From the NCBI GenBank assembly GCA_964561045.1, contig CAZLOL010000001.1:23450-87449 (forward strand): 64,000 nucleotides of DNA. The letters are read 5' to 3'. Made by a program: the position numbers and the translations under genes. This DNA is from an uncultured Ignavibacteriaceae bacterium. GTDB taxonomy: Bacteria; Bacteroidota; Ignavibacteria; Tepidaquicellales; Tepidaquicellaceae. The notes under the pieces were generated by a model. It did not search any database and was not told where the DNA came from. It saw only the letters and a program-made list of their open reading frames with translations. Positions 63,983-64,000 of this stretch are shown here, piece after piece (positions within the stretch are counted from its first letter, which is position 1; every line of letters starts with the position of its first letter).

Positions 63983-64000
63983 AAGTATAATGCAGAACTG

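Noticed and set aside
1-64000. Scan for CRISPR arrays, tRNA/rRNA genes, IS elements, integrases, toxin-antitoxin or defence-system genes.
   Set aside because: I saw no spaced direct repeats, no transposase- or recombinase-like translations and no nuclease, helicase or ATPase defence motifs. Every sizeable ORF fits carbohydrate metabolism or export. Small ncRNAs cannot be excluded by eye.

Overview
This AT-rich 64-kb window is one uninterrupted, plus-strand-only array of about 63 tightly packed genes, many abutting or overlapping. It reads as a giant cell-surface glycan biosynthesis, decoration and export super-locus. I recognised no rRNA, tRNA, CRISPR, transposase, integrase or phage genes.

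Gene order, 5' to 3':
- The C-terminal part of a Wzc-type tyrosine kinase, whose 5' end lies outside the window.
- A Wzm/Wzt ABC exporter.
- A nonulosonic-acid module of the pseudaminic/legionaminic type. It holds a NeuB-family synthase, two SpsF/PseF-like cytidylyltransferases, an aminotransferase and a GNAT. It also holds a PseA/WbuX-type amidotransferase translationally coupled to an amidase-signature enzyme, and a KpsC/KpsS-like candidate transferase.
- A phosphonate cassette (cytidylyltransferase-PEP mutase fusion, phosphonopyruvate decarboxylase, Fe-alcohol dehydrogenase), followed directly by a TagF-like transferase.
- Two further orphan Wzt ATPases with divergent C-terminal domains, interleaved with pyruvyl-transferase, GT9 and methyltransferase genes.
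- Amino-sugar modules. Across the whole window there are three DegT aminotransferases, three Gfo/Idh/MocA oxidoreductases and one cupin.
- A split Arn-like gene set enclosing a FemAB-like gene: a GT-C-like membrane protein, two formyltransferases, an ArnC/GtrB-like transferase, an extended SDR and an aminotransferase.
- A run of GT2/GT4 glycosyltransferases, more methyltransferases (six in the window overall), a putative sulfotransferase, an AsnB-like amidotransferase, a second ArnC-like gene, WbqC and a NeuD-type acetyltransferase.

Best candidates for something undescribed:
1. The phosphonate (probably hydroxyethylphosphonate) plus TagF-like module.
2. One permease gene serving three Wzt 'reader' ATPases, each next to a different candidate capping enzyme.
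3. An acetamidino-forming amidotransferase paired with a GatA-like amidase rather than HisH/HisF homologues.
4. The FemAB-like and unknown genes nested between two formyltransferases in the Arn-like set.

All functional calls rest on motifs I recognised in the supplied translations. No database search or computation was possible, so family assignments need profile-HMM confirmation.
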